Below, piece by piece: positions 8,611 to 18,939 of a stretch of 64,000 nucleotides of DNA (position 1 is the first letter of the stretch; every line of letters starts with the position of its first letter). A model generated the notes under the pieces. The model did not search any database. It worked only from the letters and a program-made list of their open reading frames with translations, and had not been told where the DNA came from. Source of the stretch: an uncultured Acidimicrobiaceae bacterium (GTDB taxonomy: Bacteria > Actinomycetota > Acidimicrobiia > Acidimicrobiales > Ilumatobacteraceae); assembly GCA_963847775.1 (NCBI GenBank), contig CAWKAY010000015.1, positions 30,894-94,893 of the forward strand, given 5' to 3'. A program made the translations under genes and the position numbers.

Positions 8611-10038
8611 TCAGCCCCCCTGCCGCGACGACCACCACGCGTCGAGTCGTGCGCGGGCCTCCGCCTCGCCGACGAGGCCTTCATCGAGGCGGATGTCGAG
8701 CAGGAACTGGAGCGCCTCACCGACCTCGCGACCGGGTGGCAGACCGAGATGGTCCATCACCGCCTTGCCGTCGAGCTCGGGGCGCAACGCCGCGAGCTGC
8801 TCGGCCTCCGCGAGTGCATCGATGCGCTCCTCCAGATCGTCCATCCGCTTGGAGAGCTGCTTGGCCTTGCGTTCGTTCCGTGTCGTGCAGTCGCACCGAG
8901 TGAGCACGTTGAGCTCGTGGAGCAGGTCGCCGGCGTCGCGCACGTAGCGCCGCACCGCCGACTCGCTCCAACCCAACCGGTACGTGTGGAATCGCAGGTG
9001 GAGCGCCACGAGCGCGGTCACGGCGGCGACGTCACCGTTCGAGTAGCGCAACGCGGTCATGCGCTTCTTGGTCATGCGCGCCCCCACGGCGTCGTGATGG
9101 TGGAAGGTCGTGCCCTTGCCCTCCTGGTAACCACGCGTTCGTGGCTTGCCGATGTCGTGGAACAGTGCGGCCAGGCGCACGATCCGGAAGTCGAACTCCG
9201 GTCGCCCGTCGGGTTGCACGCCCGGCGAACGCACGTTCTCGACGACGGCGATCGTGTGGCTGAGGACGTCCTTGTGACGATGGATCGGGTCGTGCTCCAG
9301 CCGCATCGCCGCCAGCTCGGGCAGGAACTCATCGGCGAGGCCCGTCTCGTAGAGGAACCACAAGCCGGTCGACGGGTGGTCGACCGTGATCAACTTGTCG
9401 AACTCGTCGCGAATCCGCTCCGCCGACACGATCTCCAGTCGAGGCGCCATCTCCGAGACCGCAGCGACGAGTTGCTCGGTCGGCTTCAGGTCGTAGCCGG
9501 CGATGAACCGGGCCGCTCGCAGCATCCGGAGCGGATCGTCGCTGAAGCTGATCTCGGGACCCAGCGGTGTCCGCAGACGCTGCTGCACGAGGTCGGCGAC
9601 GCCGCCGTGGGGGTCGACCAGGGTCGGCGTGTCACCGCCCGTCAGCTCCAACGCCATCGCGTTCACGGTGAAGTCACGGCGGCTGAGGTCGGTCGCGATG
9701 TCGTCGGCATAGGTCACGTGGGGCTTTCGGGAATCGTCCGTGTACGACTCCGCCCGGAACGTGGTGACCTCGAACGTGCGCTCGCCGAGCTTGGCTCCGA
9801 TCGTGCCGAACCGCTCACCCTGGGTCCACAGCGCATCGGCCCAACCCGCCAGGCACGCCTTGATCTCGTCCGGGCGGGCATCGGTGGTCAGGTCGAGATC
9901 GAAGTCGTGTCGACCCGAGCCGACGAGCAGGTCTCGCACGGTGCCGCCCACGAGGTACAGACGGTGACCGGCATCGGCGAAGCGCGCCGTCAACGGCGCC
10001 AACTCGGCGAGCACGGGAGCGAATCGATCAGGGATCAT
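8611..10038 (-). CDS. cca: CCA tRNA nucleotidyltransferase / poly(A) polymerase family enzyme with HD domain
   Basis: 475 aa. LYLVGGTVRDLL...DFDLDLTTD nucleotidyltransferase motif; LAALFHDIGKP HD motif. Confidence 0.85.
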   Translation of the reverse strand: MIPDRFAPVLAELAPLTARFADAGHRLYLVGGTVRDLLVGSGRHDFDLDLTTDARPDEIKACLAGWADALWTQGERFGTIGAKLGERTFEVTTFRAESYTDDSRKPHVTYADDIATDLSRRDFTVNAMALELTGGDTPTLVDPHGGVADLVQQRLRTPLGPEISFSDDPLRMLRAARFIAGYDLKPTEQLVAAVSEMAPRLEIVSAERIRDEFDKLITVDHPSTGLWFLYETGLADEFLPELAAMRLEHDPIHRHKDVLSHTIAVVENVRSPGVQPDGRPEFDFRIVRLAALFHDIGKPRTRGYQEGKGTTFHHHDAVGARMTKKRMTALRYSNGDVAAVTALVALHLRFHTYRLGWSESAVRRYVRDAGDLLHELNVLTRCDCTTRNERKAKQLSKRMDDLEERIDALAEAEQLAALRPELDGKAVMDHLGLPPGREVGEALQFLLDIRLDEGLVGEAEARARLDAWWSSRQGG

Positions 10039-10162
10039 GGCGGCACCAGGCTAGGAGCCAACCGCGCCGACGACGGCCACCGTTGCACATCGGATCGGCT
10101 CGACCGCATGTCACCCGTGTGACGCCCCGCGTTCGAGCCGCCACCCGACTACCGTCAGGCTT

Positions 10163-10885
10163 GTGAACGGATCGGCCGTGCGGACGGCGGGTGATGCGAC
10201 GCGCGGCTGGCGCATGCGACAGTGGCCGAACGACGTCACCGTGGCACACCTGGTCTTTCTCGACCACATGGAGACGCCGACCACCGACGCCCTCAACGCG
10301 GCCGTCGAGCACGCCCGCCGCCGGGGAGCGCGCGCCATCCGCACCTCGGCGTTGTTCCCCCGCCCCGCCGAGCCGGTGCTGGCATCGGGCTTCGAACCGA
10401 TCGACCGGCTCGCCCTCCTCCGGCTCGATCTCGACGACGAGATCATCGACGGCCTCCCCACTGCAGGACGCACCGGTCCACTCATGCCGTGGAACGCCTC
10501 ATCGGCAGCGGGAGTCGATCAGGACGCGTTCGGCCCGATGTGGGGCAACGACGCCGCCAGCTTGCGCGACATACGGCGAGCGACACCACATCACCGTGCA
10601 CGGCTCGTGCGCCGCGACCGACGGATCGCCGGGATGGCCATCAGCGGCGCCGCCGGTGGGAATGGCTACCTGCAGCGACTCGCCGTCGCAACCGATCATC
10701 GGCGCGAAGGGATTGCGACCACCCTCGCCGTCGATGCGTTGCGATGGATCTACCGACGCGACATCACCATCGCCATGGTCAACACGGGTGTGAAGAACAC
10801 CGGGGCGCTCGCGCTCTACGACCGTCTGGGGTTCGAACGGCTCGATGACGAGCTCATCATCGCCGAACGCCAGCTCACCGGATGA
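10163..10885 (+). CDS. GNAT family N-acetyltransferase (alternative ATG start at 10214)
   Basis: YLQRLAVATDHRREGIATTL ... ALALYDRLGF acetyl-CoA binding pattern. Confidence 0.7.
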   Translation: MNGSAVRTAGDATRGWRMRQWPNDVTVAHLVFLDHMETPTTDALNAAVEHARRRGARAIRTSALFPRPAEPVLASGFEPIDRLALLRLDLDDEIIDGLPTAGRTGPLMPWNASSAAGVDQDAFGPMWGNDAASLRDIRRATPHHRARLVRRDRRIAGMAISGAAGGNGYLQRLAVATDHRREGIATTLAVDALRWIYRRDITIAMVNTGVKNTGALALYDRLGFERLDDELIIAERQLTG

Positions 10886-13266
10886 GGCCGCTGCTCGCGC
10901 TCCTCGTCCTGGCCGTGTCGGTTGGGGCGATGACCGTGGCCATCGACGCCGAGCCCGTTGCGTCCCAGTTCGCCGAGCCGGGCCTGGCGGTCCGTGACCA
11001 GAACTTCGCCCTCACGGCGGGTGGCACCGTCCACCTCGAGCTCGTCGTCACGGCCGACGTGCCCGAGATCGCGCCGACGACCACGACCACCACCACGACC
11101 ACCACCACGACCACGACCACCACCACGACCACCCTGCCGGGGGACGCCGCGGCGCCGGTCCCGACGGCCCCCGTCGCCGGCGAACCGGCCGGAGGCACCA
11201 GCACGGCGACGACGACCACGACCCTGCCGCCCGGACCGGACACGATCGTCCAGGTGCGCGCCCATCGGGCACTGACGACCCGGGCGTCCGTCGAGACCGC
11301 GCTCGACGGATCGAGCGGGCCGGTCATCGATCTCCTCGAGTACGACATCGACGATGTCGGCGTCTTCGACGAGGAGAACGACGAACGACTGATCGTGCTC
11401 GATGTCCCCATCTCCACGCGAGGCGCGAGCGTCGACGATCTCGACCTCACCGAGCCAGGCCTGTATCCGATCACGGTGCAGGTTCGCCGTGATCGTTCAC
11501 TGATCGCATCGCACACGACGTTCGTCGAACTCGTCCGCACCGATCGCCTCGGCCGCGGACCCTTCGGGTTCGCAGTCGTCGCTGCGCTCGACGATCCCGG
11601 GCCGACCCCGACCGAACGTCAGCTCGACCGTGCTCGCGACCAGCTCGACCGCCTTGCCGCTCTGAGCGAGTCGGTGGCCGGTCCGCTCACCGCAGCGATT
11701 CCACCGAGTCTGGTCGAGACCATCCTGGCCGATGACCCGGGGCTGGCCGACCGACTCCGCGTCGGGCTGGGCGAGAACGACCTGGTTCTCACCCAGCCCG
11801 ATCTACCGCTCGACCCGTCGGCGGCGGCCGCCGACGGCCTCGACGACGAGTTGGAGCGTTGGTGGACCGCGGGCGGGGAGATGCTCACGGATGCCTTCCC
11901 CGACGCCCAGCACGCACGCAGCGCCTGGCTCGCCGATCAGGCTCTCACCACCGAGGGCGCTGCCGCGTTGCGAGATCTGGGCGTCCCGCTCGTCGTCACC
12001 CCGTTCGACCGCTACACGGAGTATGCGGGCAGCCTGCTCGGGCTGACCGACACGTCGCTGCTCCTCGACGCCGCGCTCCCCGACGGATCGGCGATGAGAC
12101 TGATGATCGTCGATCCGATCACCCAGCTCGTCGATCCCGACGCGGCCGATTCGGACGACCCGCTCGAGCGTGCAATCCACCTCATGGCGATCGCGAGCGC
12201 GATGAGGTATCAACTCGATCCTGACCTCCGTGCGATGGCACTCACGACGCCCGGGCTGGGAGTACCAGATCGGGCAGTTATCGCCGCGCTCGAACGGCTC
12301 GTGGTCGATCACCCTGACTACTCCTTCCGCTCGCTCGCCGACGTTCCTGCCCTCACGGGATCGTTCTTCATCGACGGTCAGGCGCTGACCGTCTCCCTCG
12401 ACGATCGGGCGAACGTCAATCTCGGGGCCCGAGTCGGTCGCGTCAACGCCGCCCGCCTCCGCGTCGCTGACGTCACCTCGATGCTCCCGGCCGACGACCC
12501 ACGCCCGGTCGGCTGGAACGAGGCACTCCGCACCTCCTTGTCGACCGGCATCACCGCAGTTGAGGCGGGCGAGATGGTCGACGGCGTCGAGGCCGAGCTG
12601 GAACGGATCCGGTCGTGGGTGCTCCAACCCGAGGCGTTCTCGTTCACGGTCAGCGGGAACGACAGTCCGATCCCGCTTCGTGTGGAGAACGTCGGTCCGA
12701 TCCCGCTGAGCGTCGTCGTCCACGTCGAGGCCGAGAACCTGGTCGCGCCCGAGCGCGATCTCGAGGTCGTGCTGGAGCCGAACACGATCAGAGACGTGCC
12801 CATTCCCGTGACGGCACGATCCAACGGCGTGTTCCCGGTCTTCGTCGAGCTCCGCACACCGGCCGGCAACCAGCTCACCGAGCCCATCCGCCTGACCGCC
12901 AGGGCGAGCAGCCTGACCGGCCTCGGGCGCGTACTCACCGTCGGGGCGGTCTTGGTGCTCGGCTCGTGGTGGTTCAGCTACTTCCGTCGACGTCGCCGGG
13001 TCCGACGCGACCTCGAGGTCGGCGATGCCCAGTCCCGTCACCCGGCCGCGAACGACGCGACGCCCGAGACCGCCCCCGATCGCGACGGAACCGACATCGA
13101 CCCCGACATCGACCCAGCGCGAGACCCCGACCGCCGCAGCGGCGCCGCAGTTCCCGTGGGCAGCGGCACCGGCTCGCTCGATCCGGATGACCGCACCGAC
13201 GGTGACGGCACCATCGGGGTCGCCGAGGAACGTCCGCCTGACCCGGTCGACACCGAACCCCACTAG
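10882..13266 (+). CDS. Rv3909-like large secreted/membrane-anchored conserved actinobacterial protein with a 19-Thr tract
   Basis: 794 aa. ATGA overlap with the upstream stop. Signal-like MRPLLALLVLAVSVGA, Thr tract at 11077-11133, C-terminal TM VLTVGAVLVLGSWWF followed by RRRRR. Position matches M. tuberculosis Rv3909. Confidence 0.7.
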   Translation: MRPLLALLVLAVSVGAMTVAIDAEPVASQFAEPGLAVRDQNFALTAGGTVHLELVVTADVPEIAPTTTTTTTTTTTTTTTTTTTLPGDAAAPVPTAPVAGEPAGGTSTATTTTTLPPGPDTIVQVRAHRALTTRASVETALDGSSGPVIDLLEYDIDDVGVFDEENDERLIVLDVPISTRGASVDDLDLTEPGLYPITVQVRRDRSLIASHTTFVELVRTDRLGRGPFGFAVVAALDDPGPTPTERQLDRARDQLDRLAALSESVAGPLTAAIPPSLVETILADDPGLADRLRVGLGENDLVLTQPDLPLDPSAAAADGLDDELERWWTAGGEMLTDAFPDAQHARSAWLADQALTTEGAAALRDLGVPLVVTPFDRYTEYAGSLLGLTDTSLLLDAALPDGSAMRLMIVDPITQLVDPDAADSDDPLERAIHLMAIASAMRYQLDPDLRAMALTTPGLGVPDRAVIAALERLVVDHPDYSFRSLADVPALTGSFFIDGQALTVSLDDRANVNLGARVGRVNAARLRVADVTSMLPADDPRPVGWNEALRTSLSTGITAVEAGEMVDGVEAELERIRSWVLQPEAFSFTVSGNDSPIPLRVENVGPIPLSVVVHVEAENLVAPERDLEVVLEPNTIRDVPIPVTARSNGVFPVFVELRTPAGNQLTEPIRLTARASSLTGLGRVLTVGAVLVLGSWWFSYFRRRRRVRRDLEVGDAQSRHPAANDATPETAPDRDGTDIDPDIDPARDPDRRSGAAVPVGSGTGSLDPDDRTDGDGTIGVAEERPPDPVDTEPH

Positions 13267-13278
13267 CATCGTTCGACC

Positions 13279-14118
13279 GTGAGCATCCGCATCGTCACCG
13301 ACTCATCCTGCGACCTGCCCGCCGACGTCGTCGCCGAGCATCAGGTCCGCATCGTTCCCTTGTCGATCCGCTTCGGCGACGAGGAATTCATCGACCGAGA
13401 GGAACTCTCGACGAGCGAGTTCTGGGCGCGCTGCGCGCAGCAGGACACCTTGCCCGAGACCGCCGCTCCCGCACCCGGGCAGTTCGAGACCGTCTACCGG
13501 GAGCTCGCCGACGACGGCGCGACCGGCGTCGTGGTGGTCTCGCTCTCGGGTGCGTTGTCAGCCACGCTGCAGAGCGCGGAACTCGCGGCCCGCTCCCTCG
13601 GCGACCTGATCCCCGTCCGGGTCGTCGACAGCCGCAGCGTGAGCCTCGGCGTCGGCACCATCGTCCTCGCGTGCGCGCGCCTGGCTGCCGAGGGCGCCTC
13701 GATCGACGAGGTCGAGGCGCTCGCCCACGACCGCGCCGGACGGACCCGGGTGTTCGGCGCGCTCGACACCCTGGAGAACCTCAAGAAGGGCGGTCGAATC
13801 GGCAATGCGAAGGCGCTGCTCGCGACCGCGCTCGCCATCAAGCCGATCATCGAGGTGGTCGACGGCCAGGTCGAGCAGGGCGGCAAGCAGCGCACCCGCT
13901 CCAAAGCGCTCAAGTTCCTGGTGGAGAAGGTCACCGAGTACGAGGGTCGGATCAGCGACCTCGCTGTGCTCCACGCCGACTGCAGCGACGTCGATCAGTT
14001 CGTCGAGATGCTGCGACCTCATCACCACGGCGAGATCGTCGTGGGGGAGATCGGCCCGGTGATCGGCAGTCACGCCGGACGCGGCACGATCGGTGTCGCC
14101 TTCGACGTCACCGACTGA
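13279..14118 (+). CDS. DegV family fatty-acid-binding protein
   Basis: 279 aa. IRIVTDSSCDLP start and a GPVIGSHAGRGTIGVAF end. Confidence 0.85.
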   Translation: MSIRIVTDSSCDLPADVVAEHQVRIVPLSIRFGDEEFIDREELSTSEFWARCAQQDTLPETAAPAPGQFETVYRELADDGATGVVVVSLSGALSATLQSAELAARSLGDLIPVRVVDSRSVSLGVGTIVLACARLAAEGASIDEVEALAHDRAGRTRVFGALDTLENLKKGGRIGNAKALLATALAIKPIIEVVDGQVEQGGKQRTRSKALKFLVEKVTEYEGRISDLAVLHADCSDVDQFVEMLRPHHHGEIVVGEIGPVIGSHAGRGTIGVAFDVTD

Positions 14119-14139
14119 CGCCCTCGCATCGGCCCGGCC

Positions 14140-15969
14140 ATGGCCCGGGCGGCGCGGCGCCCCGGCGTTGTCGGCCCGCCCATCGCAACATTGACGGCTT
14201 CGCGTCGTGTGGTCCCACTAGCGTGGCGGGCGTCCATGGCATCCCCGGCCCCTCCCCCACCGCACGCGCCGACGGGTGAACTACTCGCGGGCCGATACCA
14301 GCTCGAGCGCCGGATCGGTCAGGGCGGGATGGCCGAGGTCTGGGTCGCGACCGACATCGACCTCGATCGCAAGGTCGCGGTCAAGTGGCTGAAGACCAAC
14401 CTCGCCTCCGACCCGGTTGTCGCCGAACGATTCCGACGCGAGGCGGTCGCCGTCGCGCGCCTCAGCCACCCGAACATCGTCGCCGTTCACGACGTGGTCG
14501 TCCACGAGGGCCGACAAGCCGTCGTGATGCAGCTCGTCGACGGCAAGAGCTTGCGGCAACTGCTCGACTCGCAGAAGCGGCTCGGCCCCGAGCTCACCAT
14601 CCACATCGGCGCCGCAATCGCGGGTGCGCTCGACGAGGCTCACCGCGCCGGCTTCGTCCACCGGGACGTGAAGCCCGGCAACATCCTGGTCACCTCCGAC
14701 GGTCGCGTCCTCCTCACCGACTTCGGGATCGCCAAGGGACTCGACCCCGGCGACGAGGATCTGACCAGCGACAACGTGATGATGGGCACCGCGAAGTACC
14801 TCTCTCCCGAGCAGGTGCGAGGTCGCCGTCTCGACGGACGCGCCGACATCTACTCGCTGGGGCTGGTGCTGTACGAATGCCTCGCCGGGCGCGTCCCGTT
14901 CCTCGGGGAGACCGATGCCGACACGGCGCTGGCCCGCCTCCAGCGCGACCCCACCGATCTCGGGCACCTGCGGCCGACCCTGCCGATCGGGCTCGTCAAC
15001 CTCATCCACAAGACACTCGCCCGCAACCCGGCACATCGTCCCCAGACCGGCTCCGACCTCCGCGCCGCGCTGCTCGGCGTCGACACCAGCCCGCCGGCCA
15101 TCGACGGCACCCCGGCCGAGCCGCCGCCCCGCATCGCGAACCCGCCGACCCGAGCCCTCGGCGCGGGGCCCGGCGTTCCGGGCGACCCACACAACAGCGG
15201 AACCATCCCGATCACGCGCCACACGGCGCTCGCCGGAGCCGCGAACGACGACACACCGCCGATCAAGGAACCCATCCGGGGGATGCCCGCGCGCCAGGAC
15301 GAGCAGCGGTGGACGCCGTCGATCGTGCTCGTGAGCGCGCTGCTGGTCGCGGCCCTGCTCGTCGCGGGCGCGCTCTTCGTCGTCGTCAACCGCGGCGACG
15401 ACACCGACGACTTCACCGACGACACCGTCGTCCCCGAACGCCAGACCGCCGACACCGACTCGGCGTCCGACGACGGCGACGCGGACGCGGCTCAGCCGGC
15501 GGTTCCCATCGCTGACATCCGGATCACCACGGTGCAGGCCTGGGACCCCGACGGCGACAACGGCACCGAGAACGACGCCCAGGCCGGGCTCGCACTGGCC
15601 GACGGCAGCAGCAGCACCGCCTGGCCGACGGAGTGCTACCAGGACCGGTACCTCGGCGGCAAGCGTGGGGTCGGGCTCATCCTCGGACTGTCAGCCGCCT
15701 CACCCGGCACGCTTCGTCTCGAGGCGCTCAGCGCTCCCTACCAGGTCGACGTCTACACGGCGACCACCGAGGGCCCACCGGCGACGTTCGACGAGTGGAC
15801 CCAGGCCGGCGTCACCCAGTTCGCCGACCAGCCGGGCAGCATCGAGGTCGGGGTCGACCTCGCCGCCACCCACCTGCTCGTGTGGTTGAAGGAGCTCGGC
15901 ACGGACGAGGCCTGCAGCAGCGCCAATCCCTACCGGGGGCGGCTCGGCGAGATCTCCTACGGACCGTGA
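14140..15969 (+). CDS. Ser/Thr protein kinase with one TM segment and an extracytoplasmic C-terminal domain (alternative ATG at 14236)
   Basis: GQGGMAEVW, VAVK, HRDVKPGNIL, DFGIAK, GTAKYLSPE. TM segment IVLVSALLVAALLVAGALFVVV. Confidence 0.85.
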   Translation: MARAARRPGVVGPPIATLTASRRVVPLAWRASMASPAPPPPHAPTGELLAGRYQLERRIGQGGMAEVWVATDIDLDRKVAVKWLKTNLASDPVVAERFRREAVAVARLSHPNIVAVHDVVVHEGRQAVVMQLVDGKSLRQLLDSQKRLGPELTIHIGAAIAGALDEAHRAGFVHRDVKPGNILVTSDGRVLLTDFGIAKGLDPGDEDLTSDNVMMGTAKYLSPEQVRGRRLDGRADIYSLGLVLYECLAGRVPFLGETDADTALARLQRDPTDLGHLRPTLPIGLVNLIHKTLARNPAHRPQTGSDLRAALLGVDTSPPAIDGTPAEPPPRIANPPTRALGAGPGVPGDPHNSGTIPITRHTALAGAANDDTPPIKEPIRGMPARQDEQRWTPSIVLVSALLVAALLVAGALFVVVNRGDDTDDFTDDTVVPERQTADTDSASDDGDADAAQPAVPIADIRITTVQAWDPDGDNGTENDAQAGLALADGSSSTAWPTECYQDRYLGGKRGVGLILGLSAASPGTLRLEALSAPYQVDVYTATTEGPPATFDEWTQAGVTQFADQPGSIEVGVDLAATHLLVWLKELGTDEACSSANPYRGRLGEISYGP

Positions 15970-16565
15970 CCACCACCGACCGGTCCGACGAACAACTCGT
16001 CGAGGCCGCCCGGCGGGGCGACGGGGCCGCCATGGATCAACTCCTGCGTCGACACTACGACCGGGTCCACGCCGTGTGTCGCCGGATCGCCGGAGCCAGC
16101 CGCGACGCCGACGACGCCGCGCAGGAGGCGATGATCCGAATCGTCCGCAACCTCGACAAGTTCGACGATCGGGCGGCGTTCGGTACGTGGGCGTACCGGA
16201 TCGCCACCAACACTGCGCTCGACGAGCTCCGCAAACGCAAACGGCGCCCCCAGCTCCACGTCGTCGACGACGACGACGGTCGGAGCGAGCCGACCGACAC
16301 GATGGCACACCGGACGGTCGACTCGATCGCTGACAGGATCACGATCGACCAGGCACTCGCCGAGCTGCCCGAAGAATTCAAGGCTCCGGTCGTGATGCGA
16401 GACGTCGGTGACCTCGACTACGCGGAGATCGCGGAGGCGCTCGGCATCCCGATCGGTACGGTCAAATCCCGCATCGCCCGGGGTCGTCGGCTGCTCGTCG
16501 AGAAACTCGGGAACCACCACGACCCCTCCGAGCGTCCTACCAGCAACCCCCCGAACGACCCATGA
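15966..16565 (+). CDS. ECF RNA polymerase sigma factor (SigM-like by position)
   Basis: GTGA overlap with the kinase stop. Region 2 AQEAMIRIVRNLDKFD..FGTWAYRIATN; region 4 DLDYAEIAEALGIPIGTVKSRIARGR. Confidence 0.85.
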   Translation: MTTTDRSDEQLVEAARRGDGAAMDQLLRRHYDRVHAVCRRIAGASRDADDAAQEAMIRIVRNLDKFDDRAAFGTWAYRIATNTALDELRKRKRRPQLHVVDDDDGRSEPTDTMAHRTVDSIADRITIDQALAELPEEFKAPVVMRDVGDLDYAEIAEALGIPIGTVKSRIARGRRLLVEKLGNHHDPSERPTSNPPNDP

Positions 16566-16575
16566 AACCCCAACG

Positions 16576-17466
16576 ATGAACGAGCAGCAGTTCCTTCTTG
16601 CGAACGCGTACCTCGACGGTGAGCTCACCGACGAGGAACGACGGATCGCCGAGGCCGATCCGGTCGTGATGGCCGAGGTCGATGGGCTCGTCGCGCTCCA
16701 GAGCGAGCTCCGTGCCGTGGAGCCCCCGTCGGGCGCAGCCCGCGAGGCGGCGATCGCTGCCGCCATGACCGAGTTCGGCCGGATGTCCACGCCCACCGCG
16801 GCCACCGCGGCCACCGCGGCCGGAGCGACGACCCCCGTCGTGCCCTACCGCCCACGTCCCGCGTACGGCCGGTTCCTCGCCATCGCGGCAGCGGTCGTGG
16901 GCGTCGGCGTGCTCGGTGTCGTGATCGCCAACGTTCCCGGAGGCGACGACGACGCCGGCGGCGAAGAAACCAACGCGACCGAAGAACCTGGCGTCGCGAG
17001 CGACCGAGCCATCGTCGAGAGCGACGAACCGGCGATGGACGCCGCACCTGCTGCCGACGACATGGCCGCCGACCAGCCGGCCGAGGAACCCGCCGAGATG
17101 GCCGCCGAGGAACCCGCCGCCGAGGCGGCGATCGCCGCGGAGACCGACGTGGCCGCCGACCAGGGCGACGACGCCGGCGACGGCGAGGGCGGAGCTGCAG
17201 TGCCGGGCAACGCGCGCGATCTGCCGATCACCTCACCCGACGAACTCGGCGCATTCGGTGCCGACCTCATCGTGCGAGCCGACGAGGGCCGCCTCGGTGC
17301 CATTCCCAACTCCGCGTGCGAGGCGTCCGTGTTCGGCGTCGGGTTCCTCGAAGTCGACGGCGCCGTCAACGAGGTGCTCGTCGCAGTCGAATCCGAGCAG
17401 CAGCTCGTGACCGCCATCGATCCCGACACCTGCGACATCCTCGAAACGGCCCCACTCCCCCGCTGA
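16576..17466 (+). CDS. Putative anti-sigma factor (single TM, acidic Ala/Asp/Glu-rich extracytoplasmic part)
   Basis: ATG lies 10 nt after the sigma stop. Reads MNEQQFLLANAYLDGELTDEERR, with TM FLAIAAAVVGVGVLGVVIA. Confidence 0.6.
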   Translation: MNEQQFLLANAYLDGELTDEERRIAEADPVVMAEVDGLVALQSELRAVEPPSGAAREAAIAAAMTEFGRMSTPTAATAATAAGATTPVVPYRPRPAYGRFLAIAAAVVGVGVLGVVIANVPGGDDDAGGEETNATEEPGVASDRAIVESDEPAMDAAPAADDMAADQPAEEPAEMAAEEPAAEAAIAAETDVAADQGDDAGDGEGGAAVPGNARDLPITSPDELGAFGADLIVRADEGRLGAIPNSACEASVFGVGFLEVDGAVNEVLVAVESEQQLVTAIDPDTCDILETAPLPR

Positions 17467-17584
17467 ACCGATCGGGCGTGCCGCTCGGCGGACGCCCATC
17501 GGGCGTGTCGTGCAACACCTGTCAGGGTTGACCCGGTCGTCACTCGTTGAAGCAGGTTCGGATCCGGCCGCTAGTGTCGGCGCC

Positions 17585-17908
17585 ATGCCGGGGAATCCAC
17601 TGAACGATCCGAACTGGGCGACCGATCTCACCGACCAGATCACGACCTTCGTCGGCAACGTGCGCGAGAAGACCACCAACAACGCCATCAAGGCCGTTCG
17701 CGGCGTCGTCTTCGGCCTGCTGGGCCTGTTCCTCGGCCTCGTGGCGATGGTCCTGCTGCTCATCATCGCCACCCGCGGGCTGCAGTCGTTCCTCGACATC
17801 TGGTTGGAGTGGGACAAGTCGGTGTACGTCAGCTACTTCCTGGTCGGGGGAATCCTCACCGTCGCCGGGTTGTTGCTGATGTCGAAGCGTCAGAGCACCG
17901 ACGCCTGA
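17585..17908 (+). CDS. Small membrane protein (107 aa, 2 TM)
   Basis: Internal ATG of ORF 17510..17908. Two hydrophobic helices. Confidence 0.5.
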   Translation: MPGNPLNDPNWATDLTDQITTFVGNVREKTTNNAIKAVRGVVFGLLGLFLGLVAMVLLLIIATRGLQSFLDIWLEWDKSVYVSYFLVGGILTVAGLLLMSKRQSTDA

Positions 17909-17959
17909 TCTCCACCACACCGTCCCTCCACCCCACCTGTCGTCGATACGGAGCGCCTC

Positions 17960-18937
17960 ATGTCCGACGTCCGCAATGTCATCATCATCGGATCCGGCCC
18001 TGCCGGTCTCACCGCCGCCATCTATGCCGCCCGAGCCAACCTCGAACCGCTCGTCATCGAGGGCGAGCCGTCGTCGACCTCCGACCAACCCGGTGGGCAA
18101 CTGATGCTCACCACCGAAGTCGAGAACTTCCCGGGGTTCCCCGACGGCATCATGGGCCCCGAGCTGATGATGAACTTCCGTGCTCAGGCCGGGCGCTTCG
18201 GCGCTGAGTTCCTGACCGCGAAGGTGACACGGGTCGACTTCTCCGAGCGCCCGTTCCGCGTCTGGGTCCGCGACGACGAGTACCGAGCGCAGTCGATCAT
18301 CGTCTCGACCGGTGCCCGTTCTCTCATGCTCGGGCTCGAAGCCGAGTCGCGTCTGCTCGGACACGGCCTGTCGACGTGTGCCACGTGCGACGGTTTCTTC
18401 TTCCGGGGTCAGAACATCGCCGTCGTCGGCGGCGGGGACTCCGCCATCGAGGAGGCGACCTTCCTCACCAAGTTCGCCGAGAAGGTCACGATCATCCATC
18501 GCCGCGACGAGCTGCGGGCCTCCAAGATCATGCAGGACCGCGCCTTCGCCAATGCGAAGATCGACTTCCTCTGGAACCACACCGTCACCGAGATCCACGG
18601 CGCCGACCAGGTCGAGGGGTTGCAGGTCACGAGCACCGTCGACGGCTCCGTCAGCGATCTCGACGTCACCGGTGTGTTCGTCGCGATCGGCCATCGTCCG
18701 AACACCGACCTCTTCACGGGCATGCTCGACATGGAGGACAGCGGCTACCTCGTGACGCAACCGGGTTCGAGCTACACCAACGTCGATGGGGTGTTCGCGT
18801 GCGGTGACGTGCAGGACCACACCTACCGCCAGGCGATCACCGCAGCGGGGAGTGGTTGCATGGCGGCAATCGACGCCGAACGCTGGCTCGAGGCCCAGGA
18901 GGACGCCGAGCACGCCGGCGCCGCCGCGAACGCCTGA
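17960..18937 (+). CDS. trxB: Thioredoxin-disulfide reductase
   Basis: IIGSGPAGLTAAIYAARA, redox centre CATCDG, GGGDSAIEEA. Confidence 0.95.
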   Translation: MSDVRNVIIIGSGPAGLTAAIYAARANLEPLVIEGEPSSTSDQPGGQLMLTTEVENFPGFPDGIMGPELMMNFRAQAGRFGAEFLTAKVTRVDFSERPFRVWVRDDEYRAQSIIVSTGARSLMLGLEAESRLLGHGLSTCATCDGFFFRGQNIAVVGGGDSAIEEATFLTKFAEKVTIIHRRDELRASKIMQDRAFANAKIDFLWNHTVTEIHGADQVEGLQVTSTVDGSVSDLDVTGVFVAIGHRPNTDLFTGMLDMEDSGYLVTQPGSSYTNVDGVFACGDVQDHTYRQAITAAGSGCMAAIDAERWLEAQEDAEHAGAAANA

Positions 18938-18939
18938 AC

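Noticed and set aside
11077-11133. Poly-Thr (19 codons) and the poly-Pro tracts at 3318-3395 as special elements
   Set aside because: These are in-frame low-complexity coding linkers common in actinobacterial secreted proteins. They are only potentially slippage-prone.
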